DNA of 64,000 bases from Armatimonadota bacterium (GTDB lineage Bacteria; Armatimonadota; HRBIN16), in the NCBI GenBank assembly GCA_963677485.1, contig OY781964.1, positions 4,928,001 to 4,992,000 on the forward strand, in the 5' to 3' direction. Both the position numbers and the translations under genes were made by a program. The stretch's first letter is position 1; every line of letters starts with the position of its first letter. The notes beneath the pieces were generated by a model. The model was not told where the DNA came from. It ran no database searches and saw only the letters and a program-made list of their open reading frames with translations. This document shows positions 1-10,841 of the stretch, piece by piece.

Positions 1-1111
1 AATTCATATTATTATGCGTAAGTGAAAACACAACCATGGCTACGAACATTAGGCCGATGGATAACGACGAGTTATGAGAGTAGTTGACTATTCTATTATA
101 TTGCTGAGATAGATAGATTAATATGACGGCAAATCCAGGGATGCCGCATTCACCTAGTATACGCAGATAGTCATTATGTGTGACGTACAACGTATTACCA
201 TATTGAACTAATAGGTTTCCGTATCCGACACCATAGACAAGGTTATCAAGAATGACCTTCCAGGCACCACTCCAAATGGACATTCTACTGAATCCTTCTC
301 CCTTCGCGAAACTTTGTATCAACGCCGAGTTTATTGTTTCGGCGGAAGCTACACTATAAACATAGTATATACCGATGATCAAGAGTGATGCTCCATAAAT
401 CCGAGTTAGAAACCTTCTTCGGAAATATAAAGCAAACCAGTAAAAGGCCGACACCAATACAATCAGTGAAATCGTGTTCGATTGTGTTAGGTAGATAGAG
501 TATCCAACCGTGGTAATATACATAAACGTGTTGATCCTGCTAATTGGAAATATATACAAATAGAACAATATTGAGATATATGCATATAATGCATAATAAT
601 TTGGATTCCCAAAAGTCACTTCAGGCCTCACATTGCCAGTCGCGTATCGTTCGACTACCACGCAGAATGACAATATCCACGAATTAATAACAAACAACTT
701 CATAATTTGGCGTAAATGTAACGATGTCAGAATAACATTGTATGCATAAAAACTAAATACCAGCACAAACATAAGGTTAACAGTATTAAGGCTCATGTTT
801 GACCTATTATCACTTCGAGCATTCAAAATAGATGAAACCATGGCTACGCAAAAAAAGGTGATCTCATATGGATTCAACTTACATCTCACTTTTGATATAA
901 ACAAAGTTATCAACCCATACAATAAGGCGCATTTAAGCAATATATCTTGAAATGAAAACAACGAATCCATCTTATACGGAAACATGGCCATGTAGATGTA
1001 AATCGGAAATGAGATTTTGGCTGGTCCGAGCTTTTTGTATTCTATTATATAATAGAAAAGCATAAACACCCCTATGACCGTGGTAATATATCTGAACTGA
1101 TCGTAACTCAA
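1..1111 (-). CDS. O-antigen ligase/polymerase (Wzy_C-like) membrane protein, runs off the window start
   Basis: Not in the ORF track. Hand-translated from TTG at 1111 (MSYDQFRYITTVIGVFMLFY...). Many hydrophobic segments plus FGNPN, R..IW, GVGYG and THNDYLRILGECG motifs typical of O-antigen ligase/polymerase proteins. Confidence 0.75.
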   Translation of the reverse strand, partial: MSYDQFRYITTVIGVFMLFYYIIEYKKLGPAKISFPIYIYMAMFPYKMDSLFSFQDILLKCALLYGLITLFISKVRCKLNPYEITFFCVAMVSSILNARSDNRSNMSLNTVNLMFVLVFSFYAYNVILTSLHLRQIMKLFVINSWILSFCVVVERYATGNVRPEVTFGNPNYYALYAYISILFYLYIFPISRINTFMYITTVGYSIYLTQSNTISLIVLVSAFYWFALYFRRRFLTRIYGASLLIIGIYYVYSVASAETINSALIQSFAKGEGFSRMSIWSGAWKVILDNLVYGVGYGNLLVQYGNTLYVTHNDYLRILGECGIPGFAVILIYLSQQYNRIVNYSHNSSLSIGLMFVAMVVFSLTHNNMN

Positions 1112-1150
1112 CTATCTATACACCTTGATTGTTTGCTTACCATGTAACTT

Positions 1151-2248
1151 TTATTCTGCTTTTCCAATACAACTTGTATATATATCCTGTAACCTCATGA
1201 TCTCATTTGAAATGGTAAATCCAGCAGCTTCTATATATTCCGAATAGCACTCTCGGTTCGTTACTAGATTTATGCTAGCTATTTTGGAGGCCCATACACC
1301 TGCAGGCACCGCTATCGATAACTGATGACATACATCTGTAACGATAACTTCTCTAGTAATGCGATCTGAAATAATGCATGGGAGTCCTGATACCTGAGCT
1401 TCCATAACAGCATTCGGAAATCCTTCGTAAAATGATGGAAAGGCGAAACAATCCATGGCCGACAAAATACGTTCCACATCGCTTCTCGTTTCTAGTATCA
1501 TAATATATCTATTTAGATTCAACCTTGTTATGTTTGATTTCAGTTTATATATCAAGGGCCCATTTCCTATCAACAATAGTATAGCGTCATTACGCAATAT
1601 AGATAATTGTTTCATAATATCCAAAAGGTATGCATGATTTTTAACCCAAGACAGCATACCTACATGGCCCAAGACGAATTTATCGTTAATACCTAGTTCA
1701 CGCCTGACAGAAATTCTTGCACGATCGTCGTAACGATATCTTAATGTATCGACGCTGTTGTTGATGACTGCATATTTGCCTTTTGGACCAAATAACGACT
1801 CTCCCGCAAGGTCAGAGACAGCAACTTTTAAGAACTGGTATCTATGAACTATTCGACCATTGATTTTATGTAATAATTTGGTGGCCATAGATTGCGGAAC
1901 TCCAGCGCTTCTACTGTGTACAATCACTTTACACCCGTATCGAATCGCGGAATGAATAGGCGTGATATCGCTCCATGTGTTAAGATGGCAATGTAATATA
2001 TCATACTTACCTTCACGCATTACAGCGTCTATGTCCATCCTATGCTTGATCACCGAAGATGATCTTGAAGATACAGGAAAGATACTGCTACCAAGCTTCA
2101 ACAATTCGTTTTGAAAACAGGCATTTCCATCATTCACTATAAAATCGAAATGATACGCACTTCTATCAATATTATTTGTCAGCTTTAAAAGATATGTTTC
2201 TATCCCGCCCATATTACTACTGAGCCCATAATGTAATACCCGAACCAT
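1151..2248 (-). CDS. glycosyltransferase family 4 (EpsF-like)
   Basis: N-terminal GGIE, GHVG...KNH and FPSFYEGFPNAVMEAQ (EX7E) GT-B motifs. Confidence 0.9.
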   Translation of the reverse strand: MVRVLHYGLSSNMGGIETYLLKLTNNIDRSAYHFDFIVNDGNACFQNELLKLGSSIFPVSSRSSSVIKHRMDIDAVMREGKYDILHCHLNTWSDITPIHSAIRYGCKVIVHSRSAGVPQSMATKLLHKINGRIVHRYQFLKVAVSDLAGESLFGPKGKYAVINNSVDTLRYRYDDRARISVRRELGINDKFVLGHVGMLSWVKNHAYLLDIMKQLSILRNDAILLLIGNGPLIYKLKSNITRLNLNRYIMILETRSDVERILSAMDCFAFPSFYEGFPNAVMEAQVSGLPCIISDRITREVIVTDVCHQLSIAVPAGVWASKIASINLVTNRECYSEYIEAAGFTISNEIMRLQDIYTSCIGKAE

Positions 2249-2303
2249 ACCTGATCCCCCCTGTAATAACCTTAAACCTAGACAGCTGAGATCCTAGCTG
2301 ATA

Positions 2304-3413
2304 CTAAATGTCAAGTATATCAAGTAATTCGGCTCTATATTTAACGAATGACCTATCCCATTCATAAAATCCAACAATATCATTGTAGGCGTTGATGGCC
2401 AGACTTTCTCGAAGATCTTGATCACGCACTAGAACCAGTAATGCCTCAACCATTTCATCAACACTTCCTGGACTGATGAGCATTCCATTTTTCATGTCAT
2501 GAATAACACCAGGTATAGTACCTACATTTGTAGTAATCAATGGAAGTTTGACTGCCATTGCCTCCAGCAATGCTCTCGGCATACCTTCCCGTAATGACGG
2601 TTGTATATAAATATCAGCATTACTAAGAATTTCCGATATAGTCTCTTGTGGCAAGTCACCCACGAATTCCACATCACACTGTTCAAACGCTAATTCTTGA
2701 AGCTTGGACTTTTCCGGTCCATCCCCTATTAGTAATAAACGAATATTTAAATGATAATGGGTACGTAATTTAATTATTGCAGAAATGGCAATATGATACC
2801 CCTTTCGTTTAACAAGAGAGCCGATGCTGATGATAGTAGTTTGTTCACCTATTTTATGACTCGTTTTTCGATGTTTAAATATGGCAAGATTTACCCTGTT
2901 AGGGATAATAGCGATTTTAGCATTTGGTGCTATTTCTAAAATCATAGTAGCCATCATACCATTCAGTGCTCGGATTTTTTTTGCATGGTTCAACGATATC
3001 ATAATGATCTTCCCTAACAACATGTGCAGTAATCTATGACTTCGCAAAATATCAAAATAGAATGTATCGTGTATTTCTTGCATGTAAGGTATTTTATATA
3101 ATTTATCGATAACAGCGGCGGTCAATCCCCCAAATATTGGGCACTGAACAAGGCATAAGTCGATGGAATACCGAGGGACGATAATGAAAGCGTAAAGACT
3201 CGTAAAGATAAAAGAACAAGTATGCCCTCCATGGGGCACAAGATGCAAGTAGATATTTCCTTCATTATGTGTATGAAACAAATTGTCTTGTGATCTACCT
3301 AAAACGTGATACTGCTTAAATCCTTTAGCCAACTCCACCCAGATTTTTCTAGTATGGGTATCCTCGTTAAGAGGACCAAAAACATTAGCACTAATATGAA
3401 GTATTCTAGACAT
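2304..3413 (-). CDS. glycosyltransferase family 4
   Basis: GSLVKRKG, IGDGP, PSLREGMPRALLEAMA motifs. Confidence 0.9.
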   Translation of the reverse strand: MSRILHISANVFGPLNEDTHTRKIWVELAKGFKQYHVLGRSQDNLFHTHNEGNIYLHLVPHGGHTCSFIFTSLYAFIIVPRYSIDLCLVQCPIFGGLTAAVIDKLYKIPYMQEIHDTFYFDILRSHRLLHMLLGKIIMISLNHAKKIRALNGMMATMILEIAPNAKIAIIPNRVNLAIFKHRKTSHKIGEQTTIISIGSLVKRKGYHIAISAIIKLRTHYHLNIRLLLIGDGPEKSKLQELAFEQCDVEFVGDLPQETISEILSNADIYIQPSLREGMPRALLEAMAVKLPLITTNVGTIPGVIHDMKNGMLISPGSVDEMVEALLVLVRDQDLRESLAINAYNDIVGFYEWDRSFVKYRAELLDILDI

Positions 3414-4561
3414 TACTGAAGTATTTTTTCAATATACATATTCGCAACACTTTTAGTAGAGTATCGTTGTACATATTCTATATTCTCGTCTGATAACTCG
3501 GCCATGTCATTCACATTGCATATTAACATTTCAAGACAACTCGTGAAATCTTCAACACGAGTCCGATCGACAATATACCGACGTTGTTTCAAGCCCACTA
3601 TGTCCAATGTACCTCCTGCATCCGTAGCGACAATCGGTAAACCACAAGCCATTGCTTCAATCACTACTCTAGGAAATCCTTCAGTATATGATGGATTAAT
3701 AAACACATCGGCGCACATGTAGTACTTATGAATTTCTCGATTTGGTAATGCCCCTAGAAAACTAACGTTATCTTTGAAGGATGATGCAGCAACCAGATTC
3801 TCAAGATGCCGCCTATCTGGACCATCACCTATTATTAAAACATGAAACTTTAGATTTCTAGTCATCAAATGATCAAAAACATATGGAATATACAAGCCCG
3901 TTTTTCGGACAGGAGATAACCTATGCACCATGATAATAACTATTTCGTCACGATCTAGTCTCAGCTCCTCGCGGATAGCAAGCTTTTCTTCTGTTGTTGC
4001 TTTATGAAACCTACTGATATCAATATCGTTATATAACAACATCATTTTATCATGTTTTATTTTTACGACATTTTCATAATAAGATATCATTGACTCCGGA
4101 CCTGTGACAAAATAATCAATATGCCGATATACAAAGGTATCTTTTGGATTACGTGTGTATTTCCATATTATATTCCTAAGTAGTTTTTGATTACTATCAA
4201 TCTCGTATGTCTTCCCACTCTGCCAGTAATAAATATGAGCACCATATACCTTACCGACGATAATAGATATAATTGCAGCGTTAATAGTTATTCTGATGAA
4301 TATACGGTTGTACCCCAATCTTATATACTTTATCAGTAATGAGATCAGCTCTACTGCTCGAGTAAGTCTATTCCTACGACTTTGGCATACGACTTTTATA
4401 TTCGAATGTACCTTTGGAATTGGGCCATGACACTTCTCGATGATCAGCACGATATAAACGCCCATATCAGCAATTGTGTTTAATAGGTTGATAATATGGT
4501 AGAAATGTTGATCCGAATCTTCCGAATATTGATTTAGCAAATATATCAGTTTGTTATTCAT
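3413..4561 (-). CDS. glycosyltransferase family 4
   Basis: IGDGP and PSYTEGFPRVVIEAMACG motifs; start placed at MNNKLIYL (ORF track extends to 4618). Confidence 0.88.
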   Translation of the reverse strand: MNNKLIYLLNQYSEDSDQHFYHIINLLNTIADMGVYIVLIIEKCHGPIPKVHSNIKVVCQSRRNRLTRAVELISLLIKYIRLGYNRIFIRITINAAIISIIVGKVYGAHIYYWQSGKTYEIDSNQKLLRNIIWKYTRNPKDTFVYRHIDYFVTGPESMISYYENVVKIKHDKMMLLYNDIDISRFHKATTEEKLAIREELRLDRDEIVIIMVHRLSPVRKTGLYIPYVFDHLMTRNLKFHVLIIGDGPDRRHLENLVAASSFKDNVSFLGALPNREIHKYYMCADVFINPSYTEGFPRVVIEAMACGLPIVATDAGGTLDIVGLKQRRYIVDRTRVEDFTSCLEMLICNVNDMAELSDENIEYVQRYSTKSVANMYIEKILQ

Positions 4562-4757
4562 GTAAATGAGCCGCATGAAATGAAACAGACCCGGGCAAGT
4601 GTAAATCCAAATAAACATTGGTAATTTACGTACTGAGTGGAGCCTGCATAATTTTTCTCGCGATAAAGTCCTTTCGTAGAATCTTCAGCCAAAGACATTA
4701 AGCCAAATACAGGATCCTGGTAAAACTCATGATGTATCCTCATGAACAAAGTATACA

Positions 4758-5927
4758 TTATTGGTCAGCTCGCATTGTTTCAGGCAAATTTGTATGGTCG
4801 AAAGAATGCAATTTTGTTGAGTATGCTTGAACATAAAATTGCTGCAGCCATGAGGAGTTTATTTTTACGTCGTATCCTGACCGGCGTATTTCATTATGGT
4901 GATCATTGCGTGAAACTTCATTAACACACTTTAGTATACGGTTAGCCCACGTATTACAAGATATACTTAACGGCATGAACTCTATCAGGTCTGTGATTGC
5001 TACGTCCCTAGTCACCGCATCTGATGCAATAATTGGTAGTCCTGCGCATTGTGCCTCAATAAGAGACACAGGAAGCCCCTCATACAATGATGGAAATACC
5101 AACACATCTATAGCTTGTAGATAATCGGCTACATTATGTACTATACCGACTAGTAACGCATTGTTTCGCATTTTTGATTGCTCTATCTCTCGTTCAATCC
5201 TCGTTCTTAACGGACCGTCACCCACCAGCAATAGAATGGCATTTTTATCTTTTTCGAGAATGCTCTTGAATGTCTGTATCAGATATTTGTGGTTTTTCGG
5301 ATAAGTAAAACTGCCAACATGACCTATTACTAAATGTCCATTTAAGCAAAGACTTTCTCGAATGAGGTCTCTTTTGGCTTGACTAAACGCATACAAACTA
5401 GTATCTATGGAATTGTTTATTACCGTATAATTTTCATTTTTAGTAGCATCTACACCGAACAACCATATTCCGGCATCGTTCGAACATGCAAATAGGTAAT
5501 CGGATACATCCTTAATGCGGGCCTGGAGAATACCTTTAATTAGCCGTTCTAGTATATTTCCCCTTGATGAAACACTATGACTATGAGCTATGGTTACAAT
5601 TCCGTAATTCCTTGCTATACCGAGATATATAGATGCTGTACTTCGATAATGACCATGAATTATTTTATATTCAGTGTGATCACAAAGCAATTTCCGCCAT
5701 AACTTTACGTACATATAGTGATTATAGACCTTATACTTAGGTACTCTGTATATAACCCCACCAAGATCATGGATTTCGTTTTCGTATTCACATATATCGG
5801 TTGTATGTATCACAAAGTCAAATTGAATAACTGAACGATCTAGGTTACGATACAAACTCATGACCATAGATTCAGCACCACCTCGATTGACCCCCCCCAG
5901 AACATGCAATATCTTTACCGCTGGCAT
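4758..5927 (-). CDS. glycosyltransferase family 4 (EpsF-like)
   Basis: RGGAES, GHVGSF..KNH, FPSLYEGLPVSLIEAQ; paralogous to 1151..2248. Confidence 0.9.
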   Translation of the reverse strand: MPAVKILHVLGGVNRGGAESMVMSLYRNLDRSVIQFDFVIHTTDICEYENEIHDLGGVIYRVPKYKVYNHYMYVKLWRKLLCDHTEYKIIHGHYRSTASIYLGIARNYGIVTIAHSHSVSSRGNILERLIKGILQARIKDVSDYLFACSNDAGIWLFGVDATKNENYTVINNSIDTSLYAFSQAKRDLIRESLCLNGHLVIGHVGSFTYPKNHKYLIQTFKSILEKDKNAILLLVGDGPLRTRIEREIEQSKMRNNALLVGIVHNVADYLQAIDVLVFPSLYEGLPVSLIEAQCAGLPIIASDAVTRDVAITDLIEFMPLSISCNTWANRILKCVNEVSRNDHHNEIRRSGYDVKINSSWLQQFYVQAYSTKLHSFDHTNLPETMRADQ

Positions 5928-5931
5928 TGTA

Positions 5932-6657
5932 TCATATCCTCATTACTACAGACCTTAATGATCTCATCGCAAAGTAGATTGACTTCAAAGTCATATCCGC
6001 GACGTTATATCTTCTTTCAGTGAGCTGTATGTTACAAAAACTTGATCTATGCTTACTAATAAATGACTCAAAGATATCAAAATCTTTATCATTCATACTA
6101 TTTGGATGGTAGCAGAATGTTGATACCCGAAACGGTAATCTACTAAAGTGACCAGACTGAACCGGTAGAAAGTAGAACTCCTTCATCTTGTACACATCAT
6201 ATGCTATCGTATCACTAATGATACGAATATCACTTTCCATTTTTAGTGCAAGTAACGTATTCCTATCAAAAGTATGCGAAGGAGCAAAAAACACTTTTGC
6301 ATCGAGACGATGATATTTCAGAATTTCTATACCGGCGTGGATCTTTGATCTTTGAATATTCAATGAAACGCCCGCGAATTCGGACCGGGCTTGAACAGGG
6401 TTCAAGCCCCCACATCGCGTTATATAAACATGATCGTATCCATGTAAAGCAATTATCCACTTATTATCTTGCCATGATAGTGCCAGATCCCAAAACTTAT
6501 CATTTCTAGAATAGCGTTTTACGATGTCGCTATCTTGACAATTCGGAATGATCCCGACAATTGGCTTGATAGAATATCGATTAACTATATTTTCAATCCT
6601 TTGCCAATTGTTGATATCCATATTCTCACAAGCATCATCAATTCGTAGTATGTACAT
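5932..6657 (-). CDS. polysaccharide deacetylase-like protein (DUF2334-type)
   Basis: LRIDD, LHGYDH, SEFAG, FFAPSH and YHP motifs of the NodB-like fold. Confidence 0.75.
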   Translation of the reverse strand: MYILRIDDACENMDINNWQRIENIVNRYSIKPIVGIIPNCQDSDIVKRYSRNDKFWDLALSWQDNKWIIALHGYDHVYITRCGGLNPVQARSEFAGVSLNIQRSKIHAGIEILKYHRLDAKVFFAPSHTFDRNTLLALKMESDIRIISDTIAYDVYKMKEFYFLPVQSGHFSRLPFRVSTFCYHPNSMNDKDFDIFESFISKHRSSFCNIQLTERRYNVADMTLKSIYFAMRSLRSVVMRI

Positions 6658-7447
6658 GTTTAACAAACCGTGTAATTCTATTTACTGACTTCATACAAAT
6701 TACTGTCACTTTTCCAAAGACAGTATTTCCGATGATATAGTTGTCATAACTATGCATTTTACCACCAAATGAAATTTTAAACTGATCAATGCCATTCGGG
6801 TCGTCAAGACTAGAGATCCCCCCCCAATCATAGTCACTAATACCTTGACTTCGAAATGAAACCATATCCTTATAATGTAGATATTTATTAAGCCTACCGA
6901 TTTGTGCTTTATCATGACTACTGCTTCTAAAATTCGATGCAGAATGTAAAAGTCGCACTTTACTACCATCCGTTATATATGAATGGAAGACTAACGGAGT
7001 GTTATCAACTAATCCGATCGTGATGACAGCAACGTTATTTCGTATATATTCTAAAAACAATCTATAGTTAAACTTAACTTTCAATCCTTTCTCGAAATAC
7101 ATTTGCTCGTAAACATCACGCAATCCTCTAACACATTCTAGATTGCTCATTATTTGGCTAGATTCATGAAATTCGATCCTAGCCCCTTCCTTTTCACAAC
7201 GATGAATCTCATATCTTACGTTCTTTTTTACACCTGCCATTAAACTTGTTTCTTCAACTTTTAGGTCTGTTATCAATGTGTATTGTTTATTCCTAATGAA
7301 TATTCCATCTACATTCTGGGCATCGACTCCATGAACAATAATTAAATCAGCCCCACTCACTTTCCCCGTAATCGATGACATAATGTCTTGGCTAAACCAC
7401 ACATTCGATAACGTCAACATGCCTTTTCTGTATTTCACAGTGATCAT
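6638..7447 (-). CDS. FemAB-like GNAT transferase
   Basis: TLITDL..EE.L....KKNVRYEI, YDWGGI and GIDQFKISFGG, typical of FemAB/GNAT proteins in glycan loci. Confidence 0.7.
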   Translation of the reverse strand: MITVKYRKGMLTLSNVWFSQDIMSSITGKVSGADLIIVHGVDAQNVDGIFIRNKQYTLITDLKVEETSLMAGVKKNVRYEIHRCEKEGARIEFHESSQIMSNLECVRGLRDVYEQMYFEKGLKVKFNYRLFLEYIRNNVAVITIGLVDNTPLVFHSYITDGSKVRLLHSASNFRSSSHDKAQIGRLNKYLHYKDMVSFRSQGISDYDWGGISSLDDPNGIDQFKISFGGKMHSYDNYIIGNTVFGKVTVICMKSVNRITRFVKHVHTTN

Positions 7448-8388
7448 GATAATAACTCCTTATACCAGCTCACCGCACGTTCAATCCCACACTCGAAACT
7501 AGACTTTGGTTCATACCCAAACGCATATTGAGCGGCACTCACGTCCGCATTGCTATGCCTGATATCGCCGGGTCGGTCAGAGCCATACTCCGGCGGCAAC
7601 TCAATGTGCAGCAACCGGCAAAGCGTGAAGTAAAGCTCATTCACCGTCACCTGCCCGCCGTAAGCGATGTTGTAGGCGCTGCCGCAAGCCGCCTCTGGTG
7701 CCTGCATGGCCTTCAGGTTGGCCTGGATCACATTATCGATGTAGGTGAAGTCGCGCGACTGCTCGCCATCGCCATGGATGGTGGGCGCCTGCTTGCTCAG
7801 CAGTGCCTTGACAAACCTGGGGATCACCGCAGCGTAGTAGCTATCCGGGTCCTGCCGTCGCCCAAACACATTAAAATAGCGTAAACCCACCGTGTGCAGA
7901 CCATACAGGTTATGGTACAGCCGACCGTATTCCTCATCCACCTTCTTGGTCAGCGCATAAGGCGAAAGAACCTGCCCCTCCTGGCCTTCCTTTTTGGGAA
8001 GCGTGGGGCTGTCACCGTATACTGAAGAGGAACTGGCATAAACAAATCGTTGCACACCCTGCCGTCTGGCGGCCTCCATCATGTTCAGCGTGCCACGGAT
8101 GTTCACCTCTTCGTATTCCAGCGGCATCTCGATGCTGCGCGGAACACTGCCCCACGCCGCCTGGTGGCTGACCGCTTGAACGCCTTCGCACGCCTGCAGG
8201 CAGGTGTCTAGGTCGCGGATATCACCTTCAATGAGCTTGAACTGCGGGTTGGAGAGTAGATGCTGGATGTTTTCCCGTTTGCCCGTGGTGAAGTTATCAA
8301 GGCAGACCACGGTATCGCCGCGCTCTATCAGCGCATCGCAGATGTTCGAGCCTATGAAACCAGCACCGCCACTAACTAAATATAACAT
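7444..8388 (-). CDS. wbpP: UDP-GlcNAc(A) 4-epimerase, WbpP/TviC-like SDR
   Basis: GGAGFIGS, HQAAWGSVPRS, YASSSSVYGD, YALTK, RYFNVFGRRQDP. Confidence 0.88.
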   Translation of the reverse strand: MLYLVSGGAGFIGSNICDALIERGDTVVCLDNFTTGKRENIQHLLSNPQFKLIEGDIRDLDTCLQACEGVQAVSHQAAWGSVPRSIEMPLEYEEVNIRGTLNMMEAARRQGVQRFVYASSSSVYGDSPTLPKKEGQEGQVLSPYALTKKVDEEYGRLYHNLYGLHTVGLRYFNVFGRRQDPDSYYAAVIPRFVKALLSKQAPTIHGDGEQSRDFTYIDNVIQANLKAMQAPEAACGSAYNIAYGGQVTVNELYFTLCRLLHIELPPEYGSDRPGDIRHSNADVSAAQYAFGYEPKSSFECGIERAVSWYKELLS

Positions 8389-8395
8389 TTCCAGA

Positions 8396-9436
8396 CTATC
8401 TCCTCCCCGTGTCTCTAGATTGGACAAGATGCATTACATGCTGTCTTAGCTTCTTGCGGCTTGTCTCTTCTACATAGACATGAACAACACTGGCTAGCAG
8501 TATTGATATTGTGAAAGCAATGATGATTCCTGCTATCCTGCTTAAACCCAGCATGCTACAATATCGAATGACAATATAGCCAATGTTTTGATGTAATAAA
8601 TAGAGAGGATAGCTGATCGCTCCAAGCCATATGACGATTTTAGGAATTCGAATTTGAGCTTTCATCATAGATAATGCGGCAATGATACCGGCAGACAAGC
8701 CAATCACTACGACCTCAGATCCCTTAAATAAGGCAGAAGCAACCAATAAACATGCAAAGACAAGTGCAACATCGGACTTCCTCACCCTATTCTTCATAAG
8801 CTGATAGCACAATATCCCTAACACAAACAATGGCGTATAGTTTAATAAGAGGCCAACATGTAACATTTTTAGAAACACCAATCCCGATCTATCAATGAAC
8901 GTAATAACTGCTGACAAAACTAGCCATATCCAACACATGACGCGCCACCTTGTTTCCAGTTTTAACAACCATAAACCGTAAACAAGAACATAAAATATCA
9001 TCTCTACGCCCAAAGACCAATACGCTCCATCAACAGGCTTCACACCGAATGTCGGTCCAACAATCGTCATATTACCTAGGTATTGTGTGATCGAAGTTTC
9101 GCGTCCTGGTAAACCACAAATACTAACTAATAACCATGTGATTGTGCAACAAACCCAAAAGGTGGGATATAAACGTGTTAAGCGCCCGACAGGAAAATCC
9201 ATTACGGTTTTCGATCGTTCAACAGTCATAAAAATCACAAAACCACTAATGATGAAGAATACATGAACACCAAGATAACCATATTTCGTCCACGCATACG
9301 CTGTAGCATTCGGAAATATGTGGGTGTATCTCCAACAATAGTGATAGAGAAGAACACCAACAGCCGCTAGCCCCCGCATGGCGTCTAGGAATGTCAGTCT
9401 ATTTGATGGCGCATTGGCTGCTCCAATGGCGGACAT
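8396..9436 (-). CDS. membrane acyltransferase, family 3 (OafA-like)
   Basis: LDAMRGLAA, GVHVFFIISGFVI, RLTRLYP, YWSLGVE, LGAISYPLYLLH; ATG overlaps the upstream TGA. Confidence 0.9.
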   Translation of the reverse strand: MSAIGAANAPSNRLTFLDAMRGLAAVGVLLYHYCWRYTHIFPNATAYAWTKYGYLGVHVFFIISGFVIFMTVERSKTVMDFPVGRLTRLYPTFWVCCTITWLLVSICGLPGRETSITQYLGNMTIVGPTFGVKPVDGAYWSLGVEMIFYVLVYGLWLLKLETRWRVMCWIWLVLSAVITFIDRSGLVFLKMLHVGLLLNYTPLFVLGILCYQLMKNRVRKSDVALVFACLLVASALFKGSEVVVIGLSAGIIAALSMMKAQIRIPKIVIWLGAISYPLYLLHQNIGYIVIRYCSMLGLSRIAGIIIAFTISILLASVVHVYVEETSRKKLRQHVMHLVQSRDTGRR

Positions 9437-10698
9437 CACAAGCTCCAGTAGTGCAGGTTTGCATTGTCGGCTAGCTCGCGACGAAGGCTTTTCACATCCA
9501 ATACCACCGCACCAGCCTTGCACATTCCAGCTATGTCTAGATCGATGTATGCCATGTGCGGAACCGCGATCACGAGGCCGTCAAGCTGTTGCATCTCGGG
9601 CAGGGTGGTCAGGCTAATCCCATACTCATGGTGCACATCGTCAGCATCTGCATGAGGGTCGTGCACCAATGGGGTGACGCCGTAGTCTTTCAACTCAGCA
9701 ATAATGTCAGGCACCCGGCTGTTGCGGATGTCCGGAACGTCCTCTTTGAAGGTCAAACCCAGTATGCCCACCTTGGCGGTGTTCGGGCACACGCCATTCT
9801 GCAACAGCAGTTTGATCATCTTCTGTGCGATGAAAGCGCCCATCCCATCGTTAATCCGGCGGCCGCTGATAATCACCTGCGGGTGGTAGCCCAGCTGTTC
9901 CGCTTTGGTGGTCAGGTAGTATGGGTCAACACCTATGCAGTGACCGCCCACAAGTCCTGGTGAGAACTTCAAGAAATTCCATTTCGTGCCCGATGCCTTC
10001 AATACATCGGTGGTGTTGATACCCATGCGGTCAAAAATCATCGCCAGCTCATTCATGAGGGCTATGTTGACATCGCGTTGGGTGTTTTCGATCACCTTAG
10101 CAGCTTCTGCCACCTTTATCGAAGGTGCACGGTGCACGCCGGCGGTCACAACAGAGCCATAAACATCGGCGACAGTGTTCAGTGTGGCTTCGTCTTCGCC
10201 AGACACAATCTTGGTGATCTTACGAATGGTATGCTCTTTATCGCCGGGGTTAATGCGTTCAGGGGAATAGCCAAGTTTGAACTGATCACGCCTCAAGCCA
10301 GAAACTCTGGCAAGCACCGGTCCGCAAATTTCTTCGGTCACGCCTGGATACACAGTGCTCTCATACACCACGATATCGCCTTCACAGAGCGTCTTCCCAA
10401 CTGTTTCCGATGCACAGATTAGTGGGCGCAGATCCGGCTGTTTGAACTCATCAATGGGGGTAGGAACCGCCACGACGTAGAAGTTGCAGCCACGAAGATC
10501 GTTCAGGTCACTGCTAAACTTGATGGAGCTTTTTCGAAGCTCATCAAGATTGGCTTCGCCAGTGCGGTCGTTGCCGGACGATAGCTCATTCACACGTGCC
10601 TGGTAAATATCAAATCCAACGGTGCCTTCATAATTCTCAGCAAAAGCTAACGCAAGCGGCAACCCCACATAACCCAATCCAATCACAGCGATCTTCAT
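9436..10698 (-). CDS. tviB: UDP-N-acetylhexosamine dehydrogenase, TviB/WbpO-like
   Basis: GLGYVGLPLA, VPTP, ESTVYPG, YSPERINPGD, GGHCIGVDPYYL, LGLTFKE. Confidence 0.88.
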   Translation of the reverse strand: MKIAVIGLGYVGLPLALAFAENYEGTVGFDIYQARVNELSSGNDRTGEANLDELRKSSIKFSSDLNDLRGCNFYVVAVPTPIDEFKQPDLRPLICASETVGKTLCEGDIVVYESTVYPGVTEEICGPVLARVSGLRRDQFKLGYSPERINPGDKEHTIRKITKIVSGEDEATLNTVADVYGSVVTAGVHRAPSIKVAEAAKVIENTQRDVNIALMNELAMIFDRMGINTTDVLKASGTKWNFLKFSPGLVGGHCIGVDPYYLTTKAEQLGYHPQVIISGRRINDGMGAFIAQKMIKLLLQNGVCPNTAKVGILGLTFKEDVPDIRNSRVPDIIAELKDYGVTPLVHDPHADADDVHHEYGISLTTLPEMQQLDGLVIAVPHMAYIDLDIAGMCKAGAVVLDVKSLRRELADNANLHYWSL

Positions 10699-10841
10699 AC
10701 TTATCACTCCCTGCCTTTCGTTACCTCACAGCCACGGTTCTGTGCTCACACAAGCACGACCAACACAGTTATAATACCATATGTATGGTCATGTGGTGGC
10801 ACCACATAATCTTTTCACTCACGACTATATGCCCAGAATGC

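Noticed and set aside
4558-4758. 66-aa ORF between GT genes
   Set aside because: No recognisable motif or RBS; may be a remnant but cannot be supported
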